Shown here in pieces: positions 25,057 to 34,073 of a DNA stretch of 64,000 nt (its first letter is position 1; every line of letters starts with the position of its first letter). Made by a program: the position numbers and the translations under genes. The notes below the pieces were generated by a model that searched no databases, was not told the origin of the DNA, and worked only from the letters and a program-made list of their open reading frames with translations. The DNA comes from Candidatus Gottesmanbacteria bacterium RIFCSPHIGHO2_01_FULL_46_14 (GTDB lineage: Bacteria; Patescibacteriota; Microgenomatia; UBA10105; UBA927): assembly GCA_001780895.1 (NCBI GenBank), contig MFJJ01000010.1:898-64897 (forward strand). Reading direction: 5' to 3'.

Positions 25057-27942
25057 GTGAAAAAGACTTCCGAAGAGCGTATATTAAACCAGGAGCAAAG
25101 ACAAGCCGTTGAACATGGCGATGGACCGTTGTTGATTGTCGCAGGTGCCGGAACAGGAAAGACAACAGTTGTAACTGAACGCATCAAGCATCTTATTACA
25201 TCTGGAAAAGCTAATCCTCAAGAGATTTTAGGTCTCACGTTTACGGAAAAGGCTGCCCGCGAAATGGAAGAGCGGGTAGACATTGCTCTTCCGTATGGCA
25301 CAACGCAAATGTGGATCTCCACGTTTCACTCATTTTGCGATCGGATTCTTAAAAATGAATCGATTAATATTGGCCTTGATCCGGGATTTACGCTCATGAC
25401 CGAAGCCGAGACGATTATTTTTTTCCGTAAGAATCTCTTCAAATTTGACCTCAAATACTTCCGTCCGCTGGGAAATCCTACCAAGTTTATTGCAGGGATG
25501 ATACAGCATTTTTCAAGACTCAAGGATGAAGATATTAATCCCAAGCAGTATCTAGAATGGGCTAAGACCCAAGTTGGAGAAGAAGGAGAAAGATATCAGG
25601 AATTGGCCGATGCTTATCGATCCTATGAAGAAGTCAAAGTAAAAGAAGGGGTTGCTGATTACTCAGATCTTATTAGTAATACGTTAAAAATATTCAGACT
25701 TCGGAAAAATATTCTCAAACGGTATCAAGAGCAATTTAAATACATTCTGATCGACGAGTTTCAGGATACGAATTTTGCGCAAAATGAACTCGCTATTCTT
25801 CTTGCGGGTCAGCGGAAAAACATTACCGTCGTCGGAGATGATGATCAGGCAATTTATCGTTGGCGTGGGGCGGCGATAAGTAACATTATTCAGTTCAGGA
25901 GTCATTTTCATAAAACGGCAATCGTCGTGCTTACGAAAAATTACCGTTCCACAAAAGAAATACTTGACCGATCGTATGCCCTCATTCAATTGAACAATCC
26001 TGATCGATTGGAAGTGGTTGAAAAGATAGATAAAAAATTGGAAAGCATGAGGAGAACAAACGGGCAACCCATAGAGGTTTTATATGAACAACGGGTCGAG
26101 AACGAAGCCGATGAAGTGGCAAAATCTATTCAGAATTTGAAACTCGAAATGAAAAACGAGTGGAAAAATTATGCGATTTTAGTCAGAGCCAATGTCCATG
26201 CAGAGCCATTTGTCAGAGCGCTTTCGCGACTGGGAATTCCGTATCAATTTTTAGGTCCGGGTCAACTGTTTCGACAGCCGGAAGTAAAAGATCTCATTGC
26301 CTATCTTAACGTCCTTGCTAACTATGAAGACAATGTTGCTATGTATCGGGTGTTGACGATGGATGATATCGGAATTAGTGATCGTGACGTCGCGGTACTT
26401 ATTAATTACGCAAAGAAATTCGGAACATCACTTTTTGAAGCGTGTGAGCAGCTCTCAAGGTCCAGCCACTCTCAAGGCTCGGCCTTAAAGTACCCCAAGG
26501 CCGAGCCTTTTATGGGGCTTGCAAATCTGGTAGCAATGATTACTCGGCACCTGGGACGTATCAAAAAAGAGACGGCCGGACAAATTCTGTATTATTTCCT
26601 CCAAGATACCGGACTGTTACAAAAACTTGGAACGTATAAAACGCCAAGAGACGAGAGGATTGCGACCAATATTGCCAAGTTTTTCAATAAACTTAAAACC
26701 TATGAAGCGGAACACGACGACGCAAGTGTGTATGCGGTTGTTGACTGGATCGATATGGCCATGAAGTTAGGTGAGTCGCCGCTAGCGACCGATACGGATT
26801 GGTCCGGCAATAATGCAGTCAACATTCTCACGATTCACTCATCCAAGGGACTTGAATTTTCCGTTGTGTATCTGGTTAATCTCGTGTCTCAGAGATTTCC
26901 GACGACCCAGCGACGGGAGCAAATTCCGATCCCAGATGCACTTGTCAAAGAGATTTTGCCAAGTGGAGATTTTCATACAGAAGAAGAACGGCGACTTTTT
27001 TATGTAGGGATGACGCGCGCTCGTGATCATTTATTTTTCACTGCGGCTAAATACTATGGCGAAGGCAAGCGGGAGAAAAAGATTTCACCCTTCGTCATTG
27101 ACGCATTAGGAGAATTACCAAGCGTAAAGATACCAAGTGAACAAAAACAACTCACGCTCCTGGATTGGGAGAAGAAAGAAGAGTCAGCAGTTTCAATAGT
27201 CAGGCAACCAATTGATTATGTCTCCTATTCGCAGCTTGATACTTTTAAAACCTGTCCGCTCCAGTATAAGTATCGCTATATTCTTAAAATTCCGGTGCCA
27301 CCGTCAGCCGCTCTTACGTTTGGCGACAGCATGCATCGGACGATGCGCGCATTTTATGAGCTTGTGCAACAGGGAAATGTCCCTACAAAGGATACACTCC
27401 TTCGACTTCTCGACGATCATTGGATTTCATTGGGATATGGGCAGCGTTCGTACGAAGAAAAAATGAAAGTGCACGGGAGGGAATTACTTGCAGAATTTTT
27501 TGAGAAAGGATATGAACCGGGGAAAATTCCAAAGAGTCTAGAGGAGCCATTCAGGATAAAAATTACACCGTTTCTTAAGCTCGGCGGGAAAATCGATCGC
27601 GTTGATGAACTGCCCGACGGAACTATTGAGATTATTGATTACAAAACCGGCCAAGCACCGAAAAACCGCGATGTGAGGGCAGATTCGCAATTAACTGCAT
27701 ACGCACTCGCTGCGACAGACGAGGGAATATACAATAAATCTCCCGAACACGTTATTGTTTCGTTTTACTTTTTTGAAGGACAGGAAAAAATTTTTGCTTC
27801 GCGAACCCGTGCGCAATTGGCAGAGGCGATACAACATATTACCAAAACTGCTGACGAAATCTCGCGAAGTGACTTTAAGCCGACTCCCGGAAAGCATTGT
27901 GATTTTTGTGAGTTTCGCCTCATCTGTGAGGCGTGGCAGTAA
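25057..27942 (+). CDS. UvrD/PcrA-family helicase fused to a C-terminal PD-(D/E)xK nuclease domain with a Cys cluster (AddA/Cas4-like)
   Basis: GTG start. Helicase motifs AGAGTGKT, DEFQDTN, VGDDDQAIYRWRGA and the KNYRST motif. C-terminus has YSQL...C...IDRVDEL...IIDYKTG...CDFCEF..C. Confidence 0.75.
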   Translation: MKKTSEERILNQEQRQAVEHGDGPLLIVAGAGTGKTTVVTERIKHLITSGKANPQEILGLTFTEKAAREMEERVDIALPYGTTQMWISTFHSFCDRILKNESINIGLDPGFTLMTEAETIIFFRKNLFKFDLKYFRPLGNPTKFIAGMIQHFSRLKDEDINPKQYLEWAKTQVGEEGERYQELADAYRSYEEVKVKEGVADYSDLISNTLKIFRLRKNILKRYQEQFKYILIDEFQDTNFAQNELAILLAGQRKNITVVGDDDQAIYRWRGAAISNIIQFRSHFHKTAIVVLTKNYRSTKEILDRSYALIQLNNPDRLEVVEKIDKKLESMRRTNGQPIEVLYEQRVENEADEVAKSIQNLKLEMKNEWKNYAILVRANVHAEPFVRALSRLGIPYQFLGPGQLFRQPEVKDLIAYLNVLANYEDNVAMYRVLTMDDIGISDRDVAVLINYAKKFGTSLFEACEQLSRSSHSQGSALKYPKAEPFMGLANLVAMITRHLGRIKKETAGQILYYFLQDTGLLQKLGTYKTPRDERIATNIAKFFNKLKTYEAEHDDASVYAVVDWIDMAMKLGESPLATDTDWSGNNAVNILTIHSSKGLEFSVVYLVNLVSQRFPTTQRREQIPIPDALVKEILPSGDFHTEEERRLFYVGMTRARDHLFFTAAKYYGEGKREKKISPFVIDALGELPSVKIPSEQKQLTLLDWEKKEESAVSIVRQPIDYVSYSQLDTFKTCPLQYKYRYILKIPVPPSAALTFGDSMHRTMRAFYELVQQGNVPTKDTLLRLLDDHWISLGYGQRSYEEKMKVHGRELLAEFFEKGYEPGKIPKSLEEPFRIKITPFLKLGGKIDRVDELPDGTIEIIDYKTGQAPKNRDVRADSQLTAYALAATDEGIYNKSPEHVIVSFYFFEGQEKIFASRTRAQLAEAIQHITKTADEISRSDFKPTPGKHCDFCEFRLICEAWQ

Positions 27943-27946
27943 TTGG

Positions 27947-28210
27947 ATGTATAATATACCCATGAGTGATAATAATCGGCCATATTTTTTGTGGGATTAT
28001 GATTTGACCGAAGAGGATATTCGGAGGATTTTGCGTGGGGAAAACCGTACGGATAGAATTTGGATTCTATCGCGGATTCTGGAAAGCGCACGGTTTGAAG
28101 ATGTATGGCGATATACGACGCTTTCCGAAGTACGAGAAATGTTTCCCGTATTAAAACTCAAGCAACCCATCCGACAGGCTTGGGAACACGCGTTACACGT
28201 ATGGCAATAA
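27947..28210 (+). CDS. hypothetical small protein, possible partner of the AbiEii-family gene
   Basis: 88 aa. Its stop overlaps the start of the next gene by 10 nt. Confidence 0.3.
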   Translation: MYNIPMSDNNRPYFLWDYDLTEEDIRRILRGENRTDRIWILSRILESARFEDVWRYTTLSEVREMFPVLKLKQPIRQAWEHALHVWQ

Positions 28211-28863
28211 ATTATCATTTACAAGATCAATTTTTAGACAAGTTTTTCATGAGCCAGTTCGGGCCGGATTTTTATTTGACCGGCGGGACAGCGCTTGCGC
28301 GATTTTACTTTCACCATCGAGAAAGCATTGACCTGGATTTGTTTACCCAGAATAAAAACACAGACTTTGCTGTATTGAATTTGTTCGTGGAAAAAATCGG
28401 TTTAGCGATAGGACTCAAGACGGTCAAACAGGTGGTTACAAATGCGTTTTTGCAGTATATCTTTGAAGATATTTCCGGTGAAGGCCTGAAGGTAGATATT
28501 GTCAAAGACATTCCGGTGCATTTCGGAGAGTTTAAGCAGGAAGGTATGATAAGGGTAGACTCTCTAGAAAATATCGGAACTAATAAAGTATTAGCTATTT
28601 TTGGAAGGACAGATCACAAAGATTTCATTGATTTGTACTATATCCTTCACCAAACACAATTAACTTTTGATTACCTCGTTTCACTTGCTAAACAAAAAGA
28701 CGTGGGGCTTACGGAGTTTTATCTTGCCAACTCCATCGATCAGCTTCAAACCGCTACCCAGATGCCAGCACTCCTCAGGCCATTAGATGTTGACGTATAC
28801 AAAGCATTTTATAAGCAGATATCAGAAAAGATGCTCTCGAAGCTTAAACCGGAGGACACGTGA
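28201..28863 (+). CDS. AbiEii/DUF1814 family nucleotidyltransferase (abortive-infection / type IV TA toxin family)
   Basis: FYLTGGTALARFYFHHRESIDLDLF N-terminal signature. About 220 aa. Confidence 0.5.
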   Translation: MAINYHLQDQFLDKFFMSQFGPDFYLTGGTALARFYFHHRESIDLDLFTQNKNTDFAVLNLFVEKIGLAIGLKTVKQVVTNAFLQYIFEDISGEGLKVDIVKDIPVHFGEFKQEGMIRVDSLENIGTNKVLAIFGRTDHKDFIDLYYILHQTQLTFDYLVSLAKQKDVGLTEFYLANSIDQLQTATQMPALLRPLDVDVYKAFYKQISEKMLSKLKPEDT

Positions 28864-28884
28864 TTTTTCTGGTAGGATAGATTT

Positions 28885-30045
28885 ATGGATCAATCGTCAC
28901 CTCTTCAACCACAGAATGCAGCTCAAGTTCGACCGGTGAATCCAAAAAGGTCGTTGAGACAATTATGGTGGATGGTTGGAGGATTTGTGGTGTTGTGTGT
29001 TGGATTTGTTTCCGGATTCGTGGCCGGAAAAACATTGTACGCACCAAAGTCGACTCTATCTCCAGCGCCCATTGCGTATTCCTCTCCTTTTCCTACCCCC
29101 GATCCGACGACGGGGTGGAAGACATTTTTGAACGGAAATTACAAATATGAATTTAAGTATCCCCAAGATTGGCCAGATATCCCTCTCATTGCTTCCAACC
29201 AAAAGGATGGTTTTCAATTTGCTGGGCAGACCGTATATGCATCTCGAAATTTTCCTAAAGTGCAGCCTCCGCAATTACAGATTGAGGTTTTTAAGAGTGA
29301 AAGAGAATTATCTTCTGATGAGCTTGAGGAGAAAGAGAGTTGTGGATCTCCAGTCTTTACTATCTCCAAAAGGACAGTTGGGGGAGTACCTGCGATAATT
29401 GGAAAGAGATTGGCTTCTCGGGATCCAGGAGCGCCATACTATACTGGACTCCATTACTGCGTACGTGCATATCAAAGCGGGTTTATTTATAGCTTATTGT
29501 GGGAAGAAGGCTCTGATAAAGATAGTGGCGTATTTGATAAAATATTGGGGACGTTTCGGTTTCTCGATACAGTTGTCCCGAGTTCTGTTCCGAATGTAAA
29601 AAATATAAAAGTTTTGAAATATAATCTCCAGTCGGATTGGAAAACAGTACAAGATAAAACTGGGGCGCTTGAAGTAGGATATGATCCGTCGATATCAAAA
29701 GTCAGCGAGCCGGCCGTCGAGAATTCTATAAGTATTTATAAAACGAATAGAATTCTCGGAAGTTTTATGACCGTGAGACTCTTGCCATACGACGGAGGTT
29801 CTCGACATGAGTTTTTATATGTGCAGATTGGTGAAAAACCGGTGAAAGAGGATTTACTCCCCTCATATCATGAACAGGAGTATACATATACTGGTAGATC
29901 GTGTTTATTTCTTATCGGTATAACCATTTCACAATTTCCCACCACGTGGGGGATGTGCGATGCGGGAGGAGGCAAGGCCTTTTTGATTACTTCATACGAT
30001 GATGGCGATTTTGAAAAGACGGCTCAGACAATACGGTTGTTGTAG
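28885..30045 (+). CDS. hypothetical membrane-anchored extracellular protein
   Basis: N-terminal TM helix followed by WKTFLNGNYKYEFKYPQDWP. It is a paralogue of the module in 31099..31752. Confidence 0.35.
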   Translation: MDQSSPLQPQNAAQVRPVNPKRSLRQLWWMVGGFVVLCVGFVSGFVAGKTLYAPKSTLSPAPIAYSSPFPTPDPTTGWKTFLNGNYKYEFKYPQDWPDIPLIASNQKDGFQFAGQTVYASRNFPKVQPPQLQIEVFKSERELSSDELEEKESCGSPVFTISKRTVGGVPAIIGKRLASRDPGAPYYTGLHYCVRAYQSGFIYSLLWEEGSDKDSGVFDKILGTFRFLDTVVPSSVPNVKNIKVLKYNLQSDWKTVQDKTGALEVGYDPSISKVSEPAVENSISIYKTNRILGSFMTVRLLPYDGGSRHEFLYVQIGEKPVKEDLLPSYHEQEYTYTGRSCLFLIGITISQFPTTWGMCDAGGGKAFLITSYDDGDFEKTAQTIRLL

Positions 30046-30083
30046 CAAGAAAACGAAGACTGTTTGCCTTACTTGACCACTGT

Positions 30084-31076
30084 TTGTTTCAGAAGTTTTC
30101 TTTAAACTTCGTAACCCCCTCCGTTCATGAAATTGAGCATGCGACCATTCCGTCTCAGTATACATGGTGGCTTAGTGGGGAAGCTATTTGGGGATTGACA
30201 GAAGTATTTTTATGTGTGTTTAATAAAGTAAATACAGATAGTATGCCGCAATATCTCATCCACCCCAAACACCCTTTGCGTATCTTTGTCTACATTGTTC
30301 TTGTTCTCGGATTTGTTGTAGGCGGATTTTTTACATTTAAAGCCTCTCAAATGTCTACAGAGAGTCGTTCCAAGGCAGCATTGGAATATAAGACCTATGT
30401 AAATTGGGAATTTAATGGAACGGACCCAGAGGGTTGGGTTGGTGAGAATCTCACGAATATAAAAGTTGGCGGCGGGGTTCTAAAGGGTATTGTGGGAGGA
30501 GCAAAGACTTATCCCAAGTTGACACATAAAAAGGTAGCACTCGACCAGGGGAATAAAATGTTTGAGATTTCCATAGCGGTAGCTCCTGCAGTAAAGCCGG
30601 AAAGAGGCCCTACTCCCGCAGTAGAACCATATAAACTTAATGTGATATATGCGGTATCAACTGACGGATTAAAAAGGAAACAATTAGTGATGAAGGGTAG
30701 GCCCAATGGTAAACTTAATAATTTAAAAGCTAAATTTCCTGAAATTGGAAAGTTGAACATTGACAATCTTCAGTTGGAATTTGTGAATGTAAAAAGTGAT
30801 TCTATTATCACAATAGAATCAATAAAGGTAACAGACATAGTAGGAACGAAACCAAGTCCAACACCCACCCCACTGCCTGGTTTAGTAAATTGTGAATCGC
30901 TTTACAAAGAGAAATCATCTTATTTCAAAGGTTGTTCAGATAATGGGTATGCACAGGTCTGTTTTAATCAGTTCACGACAGAATATCAAGGATGTAATAA
31001 GGCAGGCGAAAATACTTGTACACAAAATAATGTTAATGCCGCCAGTAATATTCTTTGTGACTCGTCTCCAATGTAG
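30084..31076 (+). CDS. hypothetical membrane-anchored protein with Cys-rich C-terminus
   Basis: ORF-track frame. The probable start is an internal Met near 30243, just before the TM helix. Confidence 0.3.
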   Translation: MFQKFSLNFVTPSVHEIEHATIPSQYTWWLSGEAIWGLTEVFLCVFNKVNTDSMPQYLIHPKHPLRIFVYIVLVLGFVVGGFFTFKASQMSTESRSKAALEYKTYVNWEFNGTDPEGWVGENLTNIKVGGGVLKGIVGGAKTYPKLTHKKVALDQGNKMFEISIAVAPAVKPERGPTPAVEPYKLNVIYAVSTDGLKRKQLVMKGRPNGKLNNLKAKFPEIGKLNIDNLQLEFVNVKSDSIITIESIKVTDIVGTKPSPTPTPLPGLVNCESLYKEKSSYFKGCSDNGYAQVCFNQFTTEYQGCNKAGENTCTQNNVNAASNILCDSSPM

Positions 31077-31098
31077 CCTGGAGTGAATAATTGAATCA

Positions 31099-31752
31099 GT
31101 GGATACAGTAATGCCTGTTCAGCCGCCGCCGATGGTACCGCCTCAAAAATCTTCTTCCCACCCTGCTCTTTTTATCGCTGGTACTACCTTGCTCGCTATA
31201 GCCATCAGTTACTTGGGCTACCAAAATTGGCAACTCAAACAGCAAGTCAATCGGTTAGACAAACTTGTCCAAGTCGACAACACCCCTCTGTCTTCACCTA
31301 CCGATTCATCCGACCCCACCGCGAGCCAGGCTCCGAATGGTGACCTGGCCAACTGGAAAACATATACAAATAATGATCTGAGAGTAAACTTCAAACATCC
31401 CAGCGGTTGGGTGATAACTGAAACTAGCATCGGAGTTGTTTTATTGAAAGATCCTGACATACGCATGGTAATTGGAGCTTGTCCGGGATACTCATTTTCC
31501 GTTTCAAAATATGATCCGTATTTAAACTATTCACGATTCGATAAGGTGGTTAAATCAGAACTCGATGGCAAATCTACCGAAACTTGGACAAGTAACGACT
31601 CAAAGTGTAAAGAAAAGGTTATCTTTATTAACGCTTTACCCTCCAATGACCTAAAACCCAAATATATAATTTCATTTATATCTAAAAATTCTGACGGCGA
31701 TAAAATTCTTGACCACATCCTCTCCACCTTCAAGTTTACGGCAAATGAGTAG
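31099..31752 (+). CDS. hypothetical membrane-anchored extracellular protein
   Basis: TM helix followed by WKTYTNNDLRVNFKHPSGW, a paralogue of the 28885 gene product. Confidence 0.35.
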   Translation: MDTVMPVQPPPMVPPQKSSSHPALFIAGTTLLAIAISYLGYQNWQLKQQVNRLDKLVQVDNTPLSSPTDSSDPTASQAPNGDLANWKTYTNNDLRVNFKHPSGWVITETSIGVVLLKDPDIRMVIGACPGYSFSVSKYDPYLNYSRFDKVVKSELDGKSTETWTSNDSKCKEKVIFINALPSNDLKPKYIISFISKNSDGDKILDHILSTFKFTANE

Positions 31753-31771
31753 GGTAATCGAGTTCTTCTTC

Positions 31772-32149
31772 ATGGTATACTACCCCCGTATGGGTATAAC
31801 AACAATTTCAGCAACTATTACAAGCCTCGAGAATCCGAAAAATAAAGTCAGCGGAAAGTTTATGGTGGATACTGGTGCAGCATATACAGTGCTTCCACAG
31901 GCGCTTGTTGACAAACTACACCTGAAGCCGGTCAAAACGCAAGAATTTACCTTGGCAGACGGCACAACCGTTGCCCGAAGACTTGGTCATGCAATGGTTG
32001 AGATTGATGGCGACAGAGCTCCGTCTATAGTCGTACTTGGAGAAAGAGATGATTCACCTCTTATCGGAGTAGTGACGCTTGAAAATATGGGACTTATGGT
32101 TGATCCCTTTAAAAGGAAACTTCGCCCCATGAGACTCATGTTGGCCTAA
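31772..32149 (+). CDS. retropepsin-like aspartic protease (second copy)
   Basis: FMVDTGAAYTVL active-site motif. ATG at 31772 or 31790. The ORF-track upstream extension overlaps the previous gene. Confidence 0.5.
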   Translation: MVYYPRMGITTISATITSLENPKNKVSGKFMVDTGAAYTVLPQALVDKLHLKPVKTQEFTLADGTTVARRLGHAMVEIDGDRAPSIVVLGERDDSPLIGVVTLENMGLMVDPFKRKLRPMRLMLA

Positions 32150-32157
32150 ATGGTACG

Positions 32158-32958
32158 TTACCCAGCAACAGGGTAATACCGTGGTGTTCCTCCAAATCCT
32201 TCTTTAAATTTCGTAAACCCTTTCCATTCATGGAACTGTTTAGGGTTTCGTTCATCCCAGACGCCGACAAAGTCAAACTGTTTCATTCCCCGTTTTTTTG
32301 ATAGTTTCAATGCCTCCCAAACGAGAAGAGTCGGAGTGAATAATTTTTTTCCTTGGTGGGTGGCTCCTGCGATCCAATAATAGGAGGTATCCTCCCAAAA
32401 AATGAGAAGTACACCACCATGTTGTGCAAGAAGAATACTTGCATGTTTCTGGGAAAATATTGACCAGAGATCTATTATTCCATAGGTAGTAATACTGCCA
32501 AAAAGCCCGGCTGATTTAGATTTAATTGCAATAAGTTCGTTGATGTTTGCAGATTCTCTTACAATCACCCCATGTTTTTCTGCCCGACGAACAGCCCGTC
32601 GTTTTGCTTCGGAAAATCTGTTAAATATTTCATCTTCGGTAGCTGTTAGATCAACAAGAATAGTTTTTGTCGGCAAAAATGGATTTCCGCCAACGGACGG
32701 AATTTTTTTCCTCCACTCGTCAAACGCCGTCTGGGAAACAACCGCGTCCGGTTCAACGGTAATCCGGCGGATTCGTTTTTCGCGCAATAGTTTATTGAGA
32801 GTATCGGGAGATGGAAGTCTGGTTGGCCGCTGTAGTTTTGCCAATGCCCCATATATGGGAAAGTAGCGGAAGATAATTGTCGATCCGTCTATCTCACTCG
32901 TGTGCCAGCCGAGTTTTTCGATATATGAAATATACAGTGATGATTGTTGCAGCTCCAT
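32158..32958 (-). CDS. FemAB family peptidoglycan peptidyl/aminoacyl transferase
   Basis: 266 aa with the FemAB C-terminal block (HEWKGFTKFKEGFGG). Tandem with a paralogue. Confidence 0.55.
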   Translation of the reverse strand: MELQQSSLYISYIEKLGWHTSEIDGSTIIFRYFPIYGALAKLQRPTRLPSPDTLNKLLREKRIRRITVEPDAVVSQTAFDEWRKKIPSVGGNPFLPTKTILVDLTATEDEIFNRFSEAKRRAVRRAEKHGVIVRESANINELIAIKSKSAGLFGSITTYGIIDLWSIFSQKHASILLAQHGGVLLIFWEDTSYYWIAGATHQGKKLFTPTLLVWEALKLSKKRGMKQFDFVGVWDERNPKQFHEWKGFTKFKEGFGGTPRYYPVAG

Positions 32959-33846
32959 TTATCGCAGCATTTTCAAATATTTCCATCGAATCGTATCGGC
33001 GACCGTATAGATTTTGTAGAGAGCGGGTTTAAGGATGAGGTCATAGGATCCGACAAATTCAATCAAATTTGGATTGAAACCTTGTTTAAATCGATGAAAT
33101 CCATACCAAGGATCATTGGGATCGGGGTCGGGACCGAGTGCACCCCATAGATCAAATTTTTTATATCCTTCCGATTTTCCCCATCGGGCTATTTCCCAAA
33201 GCATAAGGTTTGGCGCCATGACTTCCCGATGATCTCTTGATGAGGCACCATAGGGGTAATACATCGTATCCTTCCAGCAAAAAATAATCCACGAGGCAAG
33301 AATTTGATTTCTATACGTGGCCGTAAACAGTCGGGCGATATCGGGATGAAAATGTTGCCACATTTGCCGGTAATACAAATCGTTGTGCGCATAAAAGTGC
33401 TGGCGTTTAAGCGTTTCATTATTTAAACGCAGAAATGGTCCAAGATTTTCTTCTTCGTTGATCGTTACTTTGTGTTTTTGGGCGACGCGAATGTTGTAGC
33501 GCGTTTTGGGGTGCATGGCTTTTAGTAGTTCTTCTTCAGACTTTGTGAGATCTAAGACAAATGTGTATCTGGAAAACAACGGATGGTGGGAGTGTGGTAG
33601 CAGCTGATCGCCAGAAGTGACATTGGGTTCGATTTGAATACAGAGTGCATTTTTTTCGTTCCCCAATGCTTTTAGTTTTTCTATCATCTCTTTTGTTACG
33701 CTTGGTCCTTTGGGAAAATAGCCGATGGTCCATGGAGTGAGAGGAATTTTGTGGAATGTCAGTTGCCAGTTGCCAATGCGGGCCACGTCGATGCCCATGG
33801 AGCGACGAAATGCTCCCCATGCCGGTGATTGAAGTGGGTGTTGCAT
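32959..33846 (-). CDS. FemAB family peptidoglycan peptidyl/aminoacyl transferase (paralogue)
   Basis: 295 aa with the matching C-terminal block (YGFHRFKQGFNPNL) and a GNAT-like fold pattern. Confidence 0.55.
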   Translation of the reverse strand: MQHPLQSPAWGAFRRSMGIDVARIGNWQLTFHKIPLTPWTIGYFPKGPSVTKEMIEKLKALGNEKNALCIQIEPNVTSGDQLLPHSHHPLFSRYTFVLDLTKSEEELLKAMHPKTRYNIRVAQKHKVTINEEENLGPFLRLNNETLKRQHFYAHNDLYYRQMWQHFHPDIARLFTATYRNQILASWIIFCWKDTMYYPYGASSRDHREVMAPNLMLWEIARWGKSEGYKKFDLWGALGPDPDPNDPWYGFHRFKQGFNPNLIEFVGSYDLILKPALYKIYTVADTIRWKYLKMLR

Positions 33847-34073
33847 ATCCCCTATTATCGTTGGAACTGCCTTGTGTTACAATGGCGCTGTGAGTAGGCG
33901 TCGTTCTGATACTCCCATCCCTTGGCTTCCTATTGATAGTCGGTTATTCACTCCTTTCTTGTCGTTTGGCCACGTAAAAGGATGGGCAAGGATTTTTCTC
34001 CAAATAGAAATTTTTCTTTCCGTTGTCACTGTCCTGGGGACAGTACTCTATGGAGTGCTCCTCGTCGTACGCT

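Noticed and set aside
31700-31800. Possible duplicate of the femAB 3' end upstream of the second retropepsin gene, by analogy with the UbiA case
   Set aside because: Only an 8-nt match (ATTACCCT) was found. This is too short to distinguish from chance.
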